Shown here: positions 18,497-27,539 of the stretch, one piece after another | How the letters are laid out: each line of letters begins with the position of its first letter | Numbering within the stretch: position 1 is the stretch's first letter | Origin: Thermoplasmata archaeon | GTDB lineage: Archaea; Thermoplasmatota; Thermoplasmata; UBA10834 | NCBI GenBank assembly: GCA_020696365.1 | Contig: JAEHCM010000007.1 | Span: 717-64,716 of the forward strand | Length of the DNA: 64,000 bases | Direction: 5' to 3' | Translations under genes and position numbers: made by a program | The notes under the pieces: generated by a model | Told to the model about the DNA's origin: nothing | Databases searched by the model: none | Seen by the model: the letters and a program-made list of their open reading frames with translations, nothing else

Positions 18497-18627
18497 ACGC
18501 AACTCTCCCTGCCGTGCACGCGACGGGGAAGATGCTAATGCAGGCGCTCCTCTTAACCTTTCTGTGCACGCTTTCATCCACAAAGCTTTTTCACGCATCG
18601 TACTTTATCGGTCTGAGGCGCGATACG

Positions 18628-19671
18628 ATGGATGTCGATGGTAGGCTAGAGCTGATCGCCAAGGGCGCGTTGGAAATCGTCACCGAGGGGGAGCTCAGGT
18701 CTCTTCTCGAAACCAGTGCGAAGCCGACCGCATACATCGGCTACGAGCCGAGCGGCTTCGTCCACATAGGACAGATGATCACCGCCTCGAAGATCGTCGA
18801 CATGCAGAAGGCCGGTGTGGACCTCACCGTGTTCCTCGCTGATTGGCATGCGATGATCAATGACAAGCTGGGCGGAGATCTGGACAGCATCCGCGCATGC
18901 GGCGAGTACATGCGGGACTGCTTCATCGCCCTGGGGGTCGACGAATCGGCGAAGTTCGTGTACGCCTCCGAGCTGATAGACCGGCTCGACTATTGGGAGA
19001 GGTTCATCAGGATATGCAAGGTGAGTTCTCTCGGGCGGCTCAAGCGGGCGATGACCATCATGGGCCGGAACGAGGACGAGGCGGAGATCGATGCGTCGAA
19101 GATCATGTACCCTTCGATGCAGGTCGCCGACATCTTCCAGCTCGATGTAGACATAGCTTACTCCGGTATGGACCAGCGGAGGGCGCACATGTTGGCCCGC
19201 GACGCCGCAGAGAAACTTGGGTGGAAGAAGCCCGTTGCCGTGCACACTCCGTTGCTGATGAGCCTGGCAGGTGGAGCGCGGATGGACCCGGTCGAGGCGA
19301 AGATGTCCAAGAGCAGCCCCGACAGTGCGATCTTCATGCACGACAGCTCCGAGGATGTCGCCCGCAAGGTCAAGAACGCGTTCTGCCCTCCCGAGGCGGA
19401 GGCCAACCCTGTCCTGGACATGGCCCGTCTGATAGTGTTCCCCGGGCTGGGAATCTTGAAGGTCGACCGCCCGGCGAAGTACGGTGGCCCCATCGAGTTC
19501 TCGTGTTTCGAGGAGCTGGAGAAGGCGTACGCGGCCAAGTCGCTGCATCCGATGGACCTCAAGAGTGGCGTCTCCGACTCAGTCAACGCGTTGATGGAGC
19601 CCGTGAGATCGTACTTCAAGGCGCACCCGGACAGCCTTGAGAATATGAAGTCGCTATCGATAACCAGATGA
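18628..19671 (+). CDS. tyrS: tyrosyl-tRNA synthetase
   Basis: From the ATG at 18628: MDVDGRLELIAKGALEIVTEGELRSLL...AYIGYEPSGFVHIGQ...KMSKSSPDS. Colinear with archaeal TyrRS (e.g. M. jannaschii). Confidence 0.9.
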   Translation: MDVDGRLELIAKGALEIVTEGELRSLLETSAKPTAYIGYEPSGFVHIGQMITASKIVDMQKAGVDLTVFLADWHAMINDKLGGDLDSIRACGEYMRDCFIALGVDESAKFVYASELIDRLDYWERFIRICKVSSLGRLKRAMTIMGRNEDEAEIDASKIMYPSMQVADIFQLDVDIAYSGMDQRRAHMLARDAAEKLGWKKPVAVHTPLLMSLAGGARMDPVEAKMSKSSPDSAIFMHDSSEDVARKVKNAFCPPEAEANPVLDMARLIVFPGLGILKVDRPAKYGGPIEFSCFEELEKAYAAKSLHPMDLKSGVSDSVNALMEPVRSYFKAHPDSLENMKSLSITR

Positions 19672-20613
19672 TTCCAGCTCGCGGAGCATCTTGGCTGCGT
19701 TGTCGGCCGATATATTCAGCATCGCCTCGACATCCCCCACGCCGGAGATACCCGCGGCGCCTGGATGGCCTCCTCCGCCGTTCGATGTCTCCGAGCCGAC
19801 CCCGTTCAGCAGCTTCCCCAGGTGCACCCCCTCCCTGACCATCTCCGAAGTCGCCCGAGCGCTTATCCTGAAGGTCTCCCCTCGCTGCGAACCGACGAAC
19901 GCGATATCCGCTCCCAGGTGGACCAGCGCCTTGCACACTGAAGCCTCGAACGCGCTGCCCTGGGATATGGCGACGATGCGTCTGCCGACCTTCCAGTACT
20001 TCAGCCTCTGAGCGCCACGGAGCTGCGATATCTTCTCAGACGGGTCCGCCTCCATGTAAACCAGCCTCATCGCCTCGTCCATGTCGATGCCGTGCAGCTG
20101 CATGAGCTCCGCGAAGGTAATCATGGTGCCCGGCCTCGCGAACTTGAAATGTCCGGTGTCTGTGAGTATTCCTGTCATGAGGGCGAGTGCCACATCCCTG
20201 TCCGGCACCCTGCCTGCGACCTTCAGCAACTCGTAGACGATCTCGGCACACGAGGCCTTGGAGTCGTCGCAGTAATACAACCTGCAACCGTCCCACTGGC
20301 TGTTCTTCGCGTGGTGATCGACCACGATCGCGTTCGAGTAGTCGAGCTCGACCGGTATCTGGTCCGGGCCCGATGTATCGAGCACTAGTATGCGCTTCGA
20401 ATCGGGGACAGACTCAATCGCGATGTCGATGTCCAGTTGCCGTGCGAGAACCTTCGCTGCGCGGTCCAGCCCTCCAGGCGCAGCTATCACAACATCCTCG
20501 AACGCCCTGGAGACCGCGAAGGCGCTGGAAACCGCGTCTGGATCCGCGTTCCCGTGGAGCACGACGGTGGTGCCGCCGCTCGATCCGAGCTCAGCCGCTA
20601 TCTCCTTGAGCAC
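19654..20613 (-). CDS. DHH-family phosphoesterase (NrnA-like)
   Basis: 319 aa with motifs HGNADPDA, VLDTS, VVDHH and GGGH (DHHA1). Confidence 0.85.
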   Translation of the reverse strand: MLKEIAAELGSSGGTTVVLHGNADPDAVSSAFAVSRAFEDVVIAAPGGLDRAAKVLARQLDIDIAIESVPDSKRILVLDTSGPDQIPVELDYSNAIVVDHHAKNSQWDGCRLYYCDDSKASCAEIVYELLKVAGRVPDRDVALALMTGILTDTGHFKFARPGTMITFAELMQLHGIDMDEAMRLVYMEADPSEKISQLRGAQRLKYWKVGRRIVAISQGSAFEASVCKALVHLGADIAFVGSQRGETFRISARATSEMVREGVHLGKLLNGVGSETSNGGGGHPGAAGISGVGDVEAMLNISADNAAKMLRELESSGYR

Positions 20614-20634
20614 GGAAGTGTCAATGACGAATGC

Positions 20635-20642
20635 TTATAAAA
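20635..20642 (-). promoter_or_regulatory. TATA box candidate (TTTTATAA) for the DHH gene
   Basis: 22 nt upstream of the ATG at 20613, implying a leaderless or near-leaderless mRNA. Confidence 0.45.
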
Positions 20643-20660
20643 TAGGTGCTGAGGCGGCTA

Positions 20661-21050
20661 TCAGCCCGCTTTCGGCTTATCGTCCCCTTCACCTTCGGAC
20701 GATGGGATGTTCAACGCCTTCGTTATCTGCTCCTGCAGGCCCTGGTGCCTCTCCCTCAGCTGCTTGTCCTGCCGGTCCAGGGTCTTTACCCGGACCTCGA
20801 GCGTCTCCTTCTGGTCCTTCAGCTCCGTCGCGAGGGCCGCAGTGTCCTTCGACTGTATCATCAGCGACCCGACGTTGCGGTAGACGACCGCGTCCTCACC
20901 GGCCTTGTCGAGTTCCGCGATCGCCTTGTCGAGCTCGCGCACTTGCGCGTCGAACTGGAGCTTCTGGGATGTGATCATCTGGATCTGCTGTGCCAGCTGC
21001 TGGAACTGTGCTATCTGGTTCTGAACCTTCGGTGGTAAGTTGTCCATCAT
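20661..21050 (-). CDS. pfdB: prefoldin beta subunit
   Basis: 129 aa from the ATG at 21050 (MMDNLPPKVQNQIAQFQQLAQQIQ...), coiled-coil. The start overlaps the pcc1 stop (AGATGATGG). Confidence 0.85.
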   Translation of the reverse strand: MMDNLPPKVQNQIAQFQQLAQQIQMITSQKLQFDAQVRELDKAIAELDKAGEDAVVYRNVGSLMIQSKDTAALATELKDQKETLEVRVKTLDRQDKQLRERHQGLQEQITKALNIPSSEGEGDDKPKAG

Positions 21051-21292
21051 CTCTTTCCAACCTCCTCTGCCGTCTCCTCTGCTACATTGCCCCATCTGAT
21101 ATATGAGTTGAGGGCCGCCCTGAGCGCCGTTAGGTCCTCCGCTTCGACGCCTATGACCACCTCGCAGTCCCTGGTGGTCACATCGACCTTGGTGCGAGGT
21201 ATCCTCTCCGTCAACTCCGGCGAGAGCGCCTTGCTGATCACTTCAGCATGCTCCGTCCTGAGTGTGAGGGTAGCACTGTGCGTATGGGTCAC
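21047..21292 (-). CDS. pcc1: KEOPS complex subunit Pcc1, GTG start
   Basis: 81 aa: (GTG)THTHSATLTLRTEHAEVISKALSPELTERIPRTKVDVTTRDCEVVIGVEAEDLTALRAALNSYIRWGNVAEE.... GTG at 21292 overlaps the rpoP stop (GGTGA). Confidence 0.75.
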   Translation of the reverse strand: MTHTHSATLTLRTEHAEVISKALSPELTERIPRTKVDVTTRDCEVVIGVEAEDLTALRAALNSYIRWGNVAEETAEEVGKR

Positions 21293-21426
21293 CTGCTCTG
21301 CACGCTCTTGCGGACGTTCGGGCGCTCCTTGTAGAACACCTTGGACCCGCACTTCTCGCACTGCATTCCGACCGTGTTCATGCCTGATGACCTGACCGGC
21401 TCCTTGCATCTCGAGCATTTGTACAT
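21289..21426 (-). CDS. rpoP: DNA-directed RNA polymerase subunit P (Rpo12/RpoP)
   Basis: Not in ORF track. Manual translation gives MYKCSRCKEPVRSSGMNTVGMQCEKCGSKVFYKERPNVRKSVQSR (45 aa, zinc ribbon), in the expected position after eL43. Confidence 0.85.
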   Translation of the reverse strand: MYKCSRCKEPVRSSGMNTVGMQCEKCGSKVFYKERPNVRKSVQSR

Positions 21427-21438
21427 CCAAGCACCTCA

Positions 21439-21765
21439 TCATTCCTGCGGCTCTTCAGGCTTGTCCTCCGATATCAGCTCCTCGGGCGTCTTCTCCGGCA
21501 GTGCCACGGTCGGCACGTGCCTGACCTCTCTCTTGACCGAGACCGGAGGCGTTAGGTTGTACGCGCTGCTGGCTATCTTGACCCCGCAGTGCTTGCATGT
21601 CCAGATGCCCGTTCCTGTCCTGGTCACGGCCTTCGCCCTGCACTTGGGACATTCGTGGCGTCCTTTACCCTTAGCCTCTACCTCGGCTATGCGTCTCCTG
21701 ATCTTGACGCCGTACCTCTGCCCCAGCCTTCCCGCGGAGCCGACCTTCTTCGTCCTCTTGGTCAT
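21439..21765 (-). CDS. rpl37ae: 50S ribosomal protein eL43 (L37Ae) with C-terminal tail
   Basis: 108 aa with zinc ribbon CPKC...CKHCG. Confidence 0.9.
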   Translation of the reverse strand: MTKRTKKVGSAGRLGQRYGVKIRRRIAEVEAKGKGRHECPKCRAKAVTRTGTGIWTCKHCGVKIASSAYNLTPPVSVKREVRHVPTVALPEKTPEELISEDKPEEPQE

Positions 21766-21787
21766 CGCTATCAGCTGTCCTGTATCC

Positions 21788-22558
21788 TCATATCTTCGAG
21801 CGGATGTCCGCTCCGATCTTCCTTGAGAGTTCGACCACTCTGAGTACCTCTTCTGGCCTGAAACTCCCGCTGCCGCCCTTCTGCATCGCGCACAGGTCTC
21901 CCTTCTCGTTCGTCGTGACCGTCAGCCTCGCGTCGGCGACGATCTCCTCGTCGTAGGTCGGGTCGACGAGTATGTGTTCGCCTATCTTGACTGCTGTCAC
22001 CGATATCGGCACGTGCGACACTGGTAGCGGGTAGTCCTCTCCCTTATTTGCCCGCTTCGCCGGCACGACGGCGCTCTTGAGCGCGGCCATCGCGGCTATG
22101 TTGCCCGCGTCGAACAGGTTGCCGTCGTAGTCGATGGCGTGGACGTCTACGAACATGATCCACACCTCCTTCTCCGGCTCGATGCACAGCTTCTCCATGT
22201 CGACCGCCTTCCCCTCGCGTATGCCTCTGTCGATTACGCGTGCCACCTCTATCGACCTCTGGTCCGGTGGTCCGCTCTCGAATGCTTCGCTCGCGAGCGG
22301 TTTGAGCTCAGCGTTCGTCGTGAGCACACCCTTGTTCGGGGTGTCCGCGAACGGCTGGCCGACCATCAGTTTGACGCCGACGACGACATAGGTGTCGCCA
22401 AGGTGCACACGGGCGGAGCCCTCGGCCGACTGTACGAAATCCTTCTCGACAGTGAGCGGTCTCGGCTCGTCGAACTTCCGTCCGTCTATCCTCATACCCT
22501 TCGAGAGCAGCTTCGTGATGTGGTCCCGCTTGAGGTCCGCCATGACGCTCTTGGCCAT
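21788..22558 (-). CDS. rrp42: exosome complex protein Rrp42
   Basis: ATG at 22558 ([35 protein letters not shown]...), RNase PH fold. Confidence 0.9.
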   Translation of the reverse strand: MAKSVMADLKRDHITKLLSKGMRIDGRKFDEPRPLTVEKDFVQSAEGSARVHLGDTYVVVGVKLMVGQPFADTPNKGVLTTNAELKPLASEAFESGPPDQRSIEVARVIDRGIREGKAVDMEKLCIEPEKEVWIMFVDVHAIDYDGNLFDAGNIAAMAALKSAVVPAKRANKGEDYPLPVSHVPISVTAVKIGEHILVDPTYDEEIVADARLTVTTNEKGDLCAMQKGGSGSFRPEEVLRVVELSRKIGADIRSKI

Positions 22559-22560
22559 GT

Positions 22561-23325
22561 TCAGTTCACCTCCGCGCCTTCGCCATTTCTGCCAGCAGGT
22601 AACGTGTACTTCCTCTTGAGCGCATCCCGTTGTACCTCGTAGATCTTCTTGCACGCCTCGATGGCCATGTTCAGCCCGGTCTTGAACTGGTCGGCCGTGA
22701 GGTCGCCGTCCATCTGGAGCAGCACTATCTCGTCGTTCCTCGGTATGTATCCGACCGGTATGTCCGCCTGGCCGAAGTTGTCCTCCTCCTTGCCCAGGTC
22801 GAGCACGACCGTGTCATCGATCTTGCCCGCCGCGCACGACGCCACGAGGTCCCTCATGGGTATGCCGGCATCGGCCAGCGCGACGGATGCGGCGGTCAGT
22901 CCGGCGCACCTCGTGCCAGCGCTGGCTTGGAGAACCTCGATGTACACATCGATGGAGGTCTTCGGGAAGAACTCCGTGAAGACCACGTGCGTTAGCGCCT
23001 CGGATGTGATCTTGGATATCTCCTGGGAGCGCCTGTCCGGCCCCGGCCTCTTCCTGTCGTCCACCGAGAACGACGCCATGTTGTAATGGCACTGCACGAG
23101 CGCCTTCGTGGGGTCCTGCATGTGCCTGGGGTGACATTCCCTGGGGCCGTACACGGCCGCCATGACCTTGTTCGGACCCCATTCCAGATATGCCGAGCCG
23201 TTGGCGCGCTTGAGCACCCCAGCCTCGATCTTCAGGGGCCTGAGCTCGTCGGGTCTCCGCCCATCGAGTCTCTTGCCGTTCTCGTCTATTAGTTTGATAC
23301 CATCAGGTAACGGTGTTCCTCCCAT
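22561..23325 (-). CDS. rrp41: exosome complex exonuclease Rrp41
   Basis: ATG at 23325 ([36 protein letters not shown]...). Confidence 0.9.
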   Translation of the reverse strand: MGGTPLPDGIKLIDENGKRLDGRRPDELRPLKIEAGVLKRANGSAYLEWGPNKVMAAVYGPRECHPRHMQDPTKALVQCHYNMASFSVDDRKRPGPDRRSQEISKITSEALTHVVFTEFFPKTSIDVYIEVLQASAGTRCAGLTAASVALADAGIPMRDLVASCAAGKIDDTVVLDLGKEEDNFGQADIPVGYIPRNDEIVLLQMDGDLTADQFKTGLNMAIEACKKIYEVQRDALKRKYTLPAGRNGEGAEVN

Positions 23326-23330
23326 TCGTC

Positions 23331-24029
23331 TCACTCTCCCTTGCCGCTTTTCTGCCCGAGAAGCTTCTCGACTTTCTCGGTCAGGCCTGTGCTGTGGGCC
23401 TCGGCCTCGATGAGCTTGATGGCGTCGATCGCCTTGAGCATGCTGTCCAAGTCTCCGTCGACCCATATCCTGCCGTTCTGGCCCACATAGATTCTGCAGC
23501 TAGTGGCGTTCTTCAACATCTGGATCATAGAGCCGCTGCGACCTATCACACGGGGTATCTTGGACGGGGCTACCTCTATGACGACCCCTCCCGCGAGCTT
23601 CCTAAGGCCGTGCTCCTTCATGGATATCTGGACCTTTCCGAGCTCATCCACGCCCACGATCTTCAGCGACACGAGGTCGCCTACGGTCATGAACTTACCC
23701 GTCTCGCCGAACTCCACCCTCCACGGAACCTCGTTCACATGGAGCGATGACTGGTGCGCAGCGTTTATGTCCACATACCAGTTCGACGCGCCCATGTCGA
23801 CTATCTTGCCTATCACCATGTCTCCTCGTATGGGGATGTACTGACCCGACAACGGGACCACGCCCACCACGTTCGACCTTGTCGTCTTGATGCCGAGCTG
23901 CGCGGCGTATATGTGCCCGCTCTCGACGTACGTGCCCGGCCCCGCCTTCAGTCCTGACTCGGACAGCAGGTCCCCAGGTACGACTATCTCTCTCACATTC
24001 TCTCTAGAATCGTTCTGCTGCATCTGCAA
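23331..24029 (-). CDS. rrp4: exosome complex RNA-binding protein Rrp4 (S1 + KH)
   Basis: 232 aa; order rrp4-rrp41-rrp42. Confidence 0.9.
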   Translation of the reverse strand: MQMQQNDSRENVREIVVPGDLLSESGLKAGPGTYVESGHIYAAQLGIKTTRSNVVGVVPLSGQYIPIRGDMVIGKIVDMGASNWYVDINAAHQSSLHVNEVPWRVEFGETGKFMTVGDLVSLKIVGVDELGKVQISMKEHGLRKLAGGVVIEVAPSKIPRVIGRSGSMIQMLKNATSCRIYVGQNGRIWVDGDLDSMLKAIDAIKLIEAEAHSTGLTEKVEKLLGQKSGKGE

Positions 24030-24241
24030 TCACTCGCTTCAATTGGCGATTCCGATAAACACTCTGCCCGCGGGGCCCGGAGGCACAGAGGTCTCCTGGA
24101 TCTCTCCTGCGCAGCGCATTTACCCTCGTCTCTTACCAAGGGCCCAAAATCGCATCCCCTGCTTTAAGTTTTTGGTCGTACGGACCCCCCCCCCGCATGC
24201 TGGACCCCCTAGGTTACTGGACCCTCGCCCAGCAGGCGCGG

Positions 24242-24946
24242 TCACTTGTCATCCTTAAGGATTCTCGTGTCGGCCTCGCCCTGGGTCCTGCTGTTCATCC
24301 GCTCGAGAAAATCAGTCTGCATACCCGCTGGCATCTCAATGACGCCTATCCAGGAACCGTCGTTCTGCCACTCCTCCCTGACGACCCTGCCGAAGCTCTT
24401 GAAATCATCGTAGCACCGCCCGTAGTTCTCCCCAGACACGCGTACCGCCATGCGTACCTTGTCGAATCGAATGGGGATGAGCGGACGGAGCGCGTCCATT
24501 ATTGCCGGGACCTGCGCCTCGACGGTCTTGAAAGGGTCGATCTTGACCCTCGTCTCCTCCATCGCCGTCTCGATCCTCGTGGGCGGATGTGGACCGCCGG
24601 TCTGCGGGTTCATCGCGTGCTGGGCGATGTACTCCACTATCCTCTTACGCTTGTTCTCCTGCATGAGACGCCGCTGCTCGGTGGTCAGCTGCACCTCCCC
24701 CTTCAGGATGATGGTCTTCGCCACCTCCAGGGGGTCGGTCGTGCCGAACATCTCCTTCATCTTTCCCTCTGCAGCGCGCGTGCCCTTCTTGGCGTTCTTG
24801 AAGACAGTGTCTATTACCATGTACTCTATGAGGTCGACCTCCTTGCCGTCCCTCATCTTCTGGACGACCTTGGGGTCGATCAGTATCTCGAAGCTCTCGC
24901 CGTGGGATTCGTATCGCGCTACGATCGCCTCGTCGAGATCTACCAT
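24242..24946 (-). CDS. SBDS-family ribosome maturation protein
   Basis: 234 aa, ...ARYESHGESFEILIDPKVV...VFKNAKKG.... Position after psmA. Confidence 0.9.
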   Translation of the reverse strand: MVDLDEAIVARYESHGESFEILIDPKVVQKMRDGKEVDLIEYMVIDTVFKNAKKGTRAAEGKMKEMFGTTDPLEVAKTIILKGEVQLTTEQRRLMQENKRKRIVEYIAQHAMNPQTGGPHPPTRIETAMEETRVKIDPFKTVEAQVPAIMDALRPLIPIRFDKVRMAVRVSGENYGRCYDDFKSFGRVVREEWQNDGSWIGVIEMPAGMQTDFLERMNSRTQGEADTRILKDDK

Positions 24947-24956
24947 AAGCCTCCGC

Positions 24957-25685
24957 TCAGCCGCCTAGTTTCTTCACGTAGGCGTCTACTTCCGCCTCCG
25001 TGAGCTTCCTGAAGTTCTCGTCACTGCGTACGACACCGATCTCCACGGCCTGCGTGCTCAGCTTGTCCTCCGTCGCCTTGGTGAGCGCCTTCAACCCGAG
25101 CAGGACGGCGTCCTCCATCGTCATGCCCTCCTCGTAATCCTCCTCGAAGACGTCCATGATGGCGTTCTTGCCGGCGCCGATCGAGCCGGCCTTGTACGCC
25201 ACGAGCGCCCCGCTGGGGTCCGTCTCGAAGAGGTGCGCCCCCGTCTCGTCGACTCCTGCAACCAGGAGCGCCGTCCCGAAGGGCCTCACACCGCCGTACT
25301 GCGTGTAGTTCTGCTTGAAATCGCAAAGCCGTTTGACGAGGGTCTCGAGGTCTATCCTTTCGGCGTAAGTAACCTTGTTTATCTGTGATATCACGCGTGC
25401 GTGGTCCACCAGCACCCGCGCGTCCGCCACAAGGCCCGATGTGGCGCAGCCTATGTGCTCATCGATCTGGAATATCTTCTCGATCGACGTGGGCTCGATC
25501 AGCTTGCTAGCTATCCTTTTGTCGACTATGAGCGCCACGCCGTCCTTGAATTTCAGGCCGACAGTCGTCGTCCCCCTCTTGACCGCCTCTCGCGCGTACT
25601 CCACCTGGAACAACCTTCCGTCGGGGGAGAATACCGTAATGGCTCTGTCGTACGCCATCTGTCCTGGCTGCATGTTGAATGACAC
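24957..25685 (-). CDS. psmA: proteasome subunit alpha
   Basis: 242 aa, ...YDRAITVFSPDGRLFQVEYAREAVKRG.... Confidence 0.95.
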   Translation of the reverse strand: MSFNMQPGQMAYDRAITVFSPDGRLFQVEYAREAVKRGTTTVGLKFKDGVALIVDKRIASKLIEPTSIEKIFQIDEHIGCATSGLVADARVLVDHARVISQINKVTYAERIDLETLVKRLCDFKQNYTQYGGVRPFGTALLVAGVDETGAHLFETDPSGALVAYKAGSIGAGKNAIMDVFEEDYEEGMTMEDAVLLGLKALTKATEDKLSTQAVEIGVVRSDENFRKLTEAEVDAYVKKLGG

Positions 25686-25703
25686 CTCTTTCGTCGATAG
25701 ACG

Positions 25704-25711
25704 TTTATAAG
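25704..25711 (-). promoter_or_regulatory. TATA box candidate (CTTATAAA) for psmA
   Basis: 19 nt upstream of the psmA ATG, consistent with a leaderless transcript. Confidence 0.45.
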
Positions 25712-25805
25712 CCCAGCTACCTCAGCCGGTGGCCGGATTTGTCCTAAGGCAGTTGCCTGATATAAAGGTTTGCGGCGAATTCTGGCCACCGTTCTGGAAG
25801 CACGG

Positions 25806-26144
25806 TCAGCGCGCGTGGTCTGCGAGCATTCGCAGGTCTTTCAAGCACGCTTCCTTAAGCTTGCGGATGGTGCCCGATGTCTTCAACGTCGTCAGCGTGC
25901 ACCTGCCCCCTCTGACGGTGTCGACGGATCTCATGATCTTGATCGCCTCGTCCTTCATCGTGTGAGGCACCTTCAGTATGCCTATGTCCCGCTCGAAGAC
26001 GGTCAGGCGGAAGGAGTCGCCGAGAGGGGTCGTCCTGCCCTTCTCTAACAGTGCACCCACAATGTCCCTGCGCGTGACCTGTCTGTCTGCGTCTATTCGG
26101 AAGGCGATGTACCTCCACTTACCACGCTCTACCTTTCCGGACAT
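25806..26144 (-). CDS. rnp2: RNase P protein component 2 (Pop5)
   Basis: 112 aa, ...RYIAFRIDAD.... Conserved position upstream of psmA. Confidence 0.8.
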   Translation of the reverse strand: MSGKVERGKWRYIAFRIDADRQVTRRDIVGALLEKGRTTPLGDSFRLTVFERDIGILKVPHTMKDEAIKIMRSVDTVRGGRCTLTTLKTSGTIRKLKEACLKDLRMLADHAR

Positions 26145-26152
26145 CGTAAGAC

Positions 26153-27265
26153 TCAGTGCACGAAATCATCGGCGTTCTTGGTTTTGTCGCCGCCGTTGTC
26201 CAGCGCCCTCTTCAAGTCGGGTGTCTTGACTCCCGTGAGGACGACCATCACCTTGAGCTTGCCCTCGCTTTTCGGGTCGACGCTGCAGCCCCAGATGATG
26301 CGGGCTCTCGGGTTGATCCGGTCGTTGACGAGTTCCGCCACCTTCTCCGCCTCGGACACCGTCATATCAGGCCCTCCCACGACCCGGATGAGCGCACCCC
26401 CGGCTGACGATATGTCGATGTCCCCGAGCAGCGGTGATTCGAGCGCCTGCTCAACGGCGGCCTCGGCCCTCTCCTTCCGGGATGACTTGTTGTCCGCCTC
26501 TCCCATCCCGATCATCGCGACGCCGCCGTTCTTCATTATCGTCATTACATCGTTGAAGTCGAGGTTCACGAGCCCCGGACGCGTGATTATCTCGGTCAAC
26601 CCCTTGATGGACTCCATCAGCACCTCGTCCGCCACCCTGAAGGCGGCATCGATCGGTAGCTTGGGGACTATCTGCAGCAGTCGGTCGTTCATTATTACGG
26701 CCGTGGTGTCGCAGTTGACCTTCAGCCTGTCGAGTCCCCTAATCGCGTTATCCATCCTGAGCTTGCCCTCCGCCGCGAAAGGCATGGTGACTATGCCGAT
26801 GACCAGTGCTCCCGACTCCTTCGCGAGCCTCGCCACGACGGGAGCCGACCCTGTCCCTGTGCCTCCTCCCATGCCTGCGGTCACGAAGACGATGTTGTTG
26901 CCTCTGACGAAAGTCTTCAACTCTTCCTCTGACTCCTGCGCCGCCCTCTCTCCTATTTCGGGCAACGCACCTGCCCCGAGGCCTTTCGTGGTCATCTTTC
27001 CCAGAAGGACCTTGTGAGGCGAGTGCACATGGAGCAGATGCTTGGCGTCCGTATTGGCCGCCACGATCTCCGCCCCGAAAACCCCCGCCTGTCCCAGGCG
27101 GTTGACTGTGTTCGACCCTCCGCCGCCGCAGCCCACGATCGCGATGTTGACCTTCAGGGTCGCCACGATCTTGGCAAGCTCTGCGTCGTCCGGTGTCACA
27201 ACTGGTGCCTTCGAATCCTTGCTTGTCTCGTGTATCTCGAGAGCATCATCAATGAGCGATTTCAT
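26153..27265 (-). CDS. ftsZ: cell division protein FtsZ, paralogue A
   Basis: GCGGGGSNT and GGGTGTG signatures. Start set at the ATG at 27265 (MKSLIDDAL...), which aligns with the paralogue B N-terminus and lies downstream of the TATA at 27316-27323. The ORF-track start at 27307 is too close to that TATA. Confidence 0.9.
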   Translation of the reverse strand: MKSLIDDALEIHETSKDSKAPVVTPDDAELAKIVATLKVNIAIVGCGGGGSNTVNRLGQAGVFGAEIVAANTDAKHLLHVHSPHKVLLGKMTTKGLGAGALPEIGERAAQESEEELKTFVRGNNIVFVTAGMGGGTGTGSAPVVARLAKESGALVIGIVTMPFAAEGKLRMDNAIRGLDRLKVNCDTTAVIMNDRLLQIVPKLPIDAAFRVADEVLMESIKGLTEIITRPGLVNLDFNDVMTIMKNGGVAMIGMGEADNKSSRKERAEAAVEQALESPLLGDIDISSAGGALIRVVGGPDMTVSEAEKVAELVNDRINPRARIIWGCSVDPKSEGKLKVMVVLTGVKTPDLKRALDNGGDKTKNADDFVH

Positions 27266-27315
27266 ACTATCATCCCATCCGCGTCCGGCTGACTGGTACG
27301 TTATCACCGACTGCG

Positions 27316-27323
27316 TATATTAA
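27316..27323 (-). promoter_or_regulatory. TATA box candidate (TTAATATA) for ftsZ-A
   Basis: Minus strand reads GGTTAATATACGC. Confidence 0.4.
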
Positions 27324-27401
27324 CCTGTTTTCGTGCGAGCCGGGCACTCGGAACGCACGTGTCTCCCGAGAGAGAAACGGGTCTCAAAAAAGACAAGGCC
27401 C

Positions 27402-27438
27402 GCGCGCATGCGCCCCACATCCGCACATGCGCGCATGC
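27402..27438. promoter_or_regulatory. pair of GCGCGCATGC repeats with embedded palindromes; candidate shared operator
   Basis: GCGCGCATGC occurs at 27402-27411 and 27429-27438. Palindromes GCGCATGCGC (27404-27413) and CATGCGCGCATG (27426-27437). Located centrally in the divergent ftsZ spacer. Confidence 0.4.
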
Positions 27439-27490
27439 CCACCGGCCCGTTCACCACGATTATCTGGCTCGCATCCGTTCTTGAGGAATA

Positions 27491-27498
27491 CTTATATT
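27491..27498 (+). promoter_or_regulatory. TATA box candidate (CTTATATT) for ftsZ-B
   Basis: About 42 nt upstream of the ATG at 27540. Confidence 0.4.
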
Positions 27499-27539
27499 CT
27501 GGGTACCTGATTACTAAGTAGCTTTATGGGGTGCACTGC

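Noticed and set aside
19654-19671. 18-nt convergent overlap of the tyrS and DHH gene 3' ends as a regulatory feature
   Set aside because: Short convergent overlaps are common in compact archaeal genomes, and no additional structure was seen.
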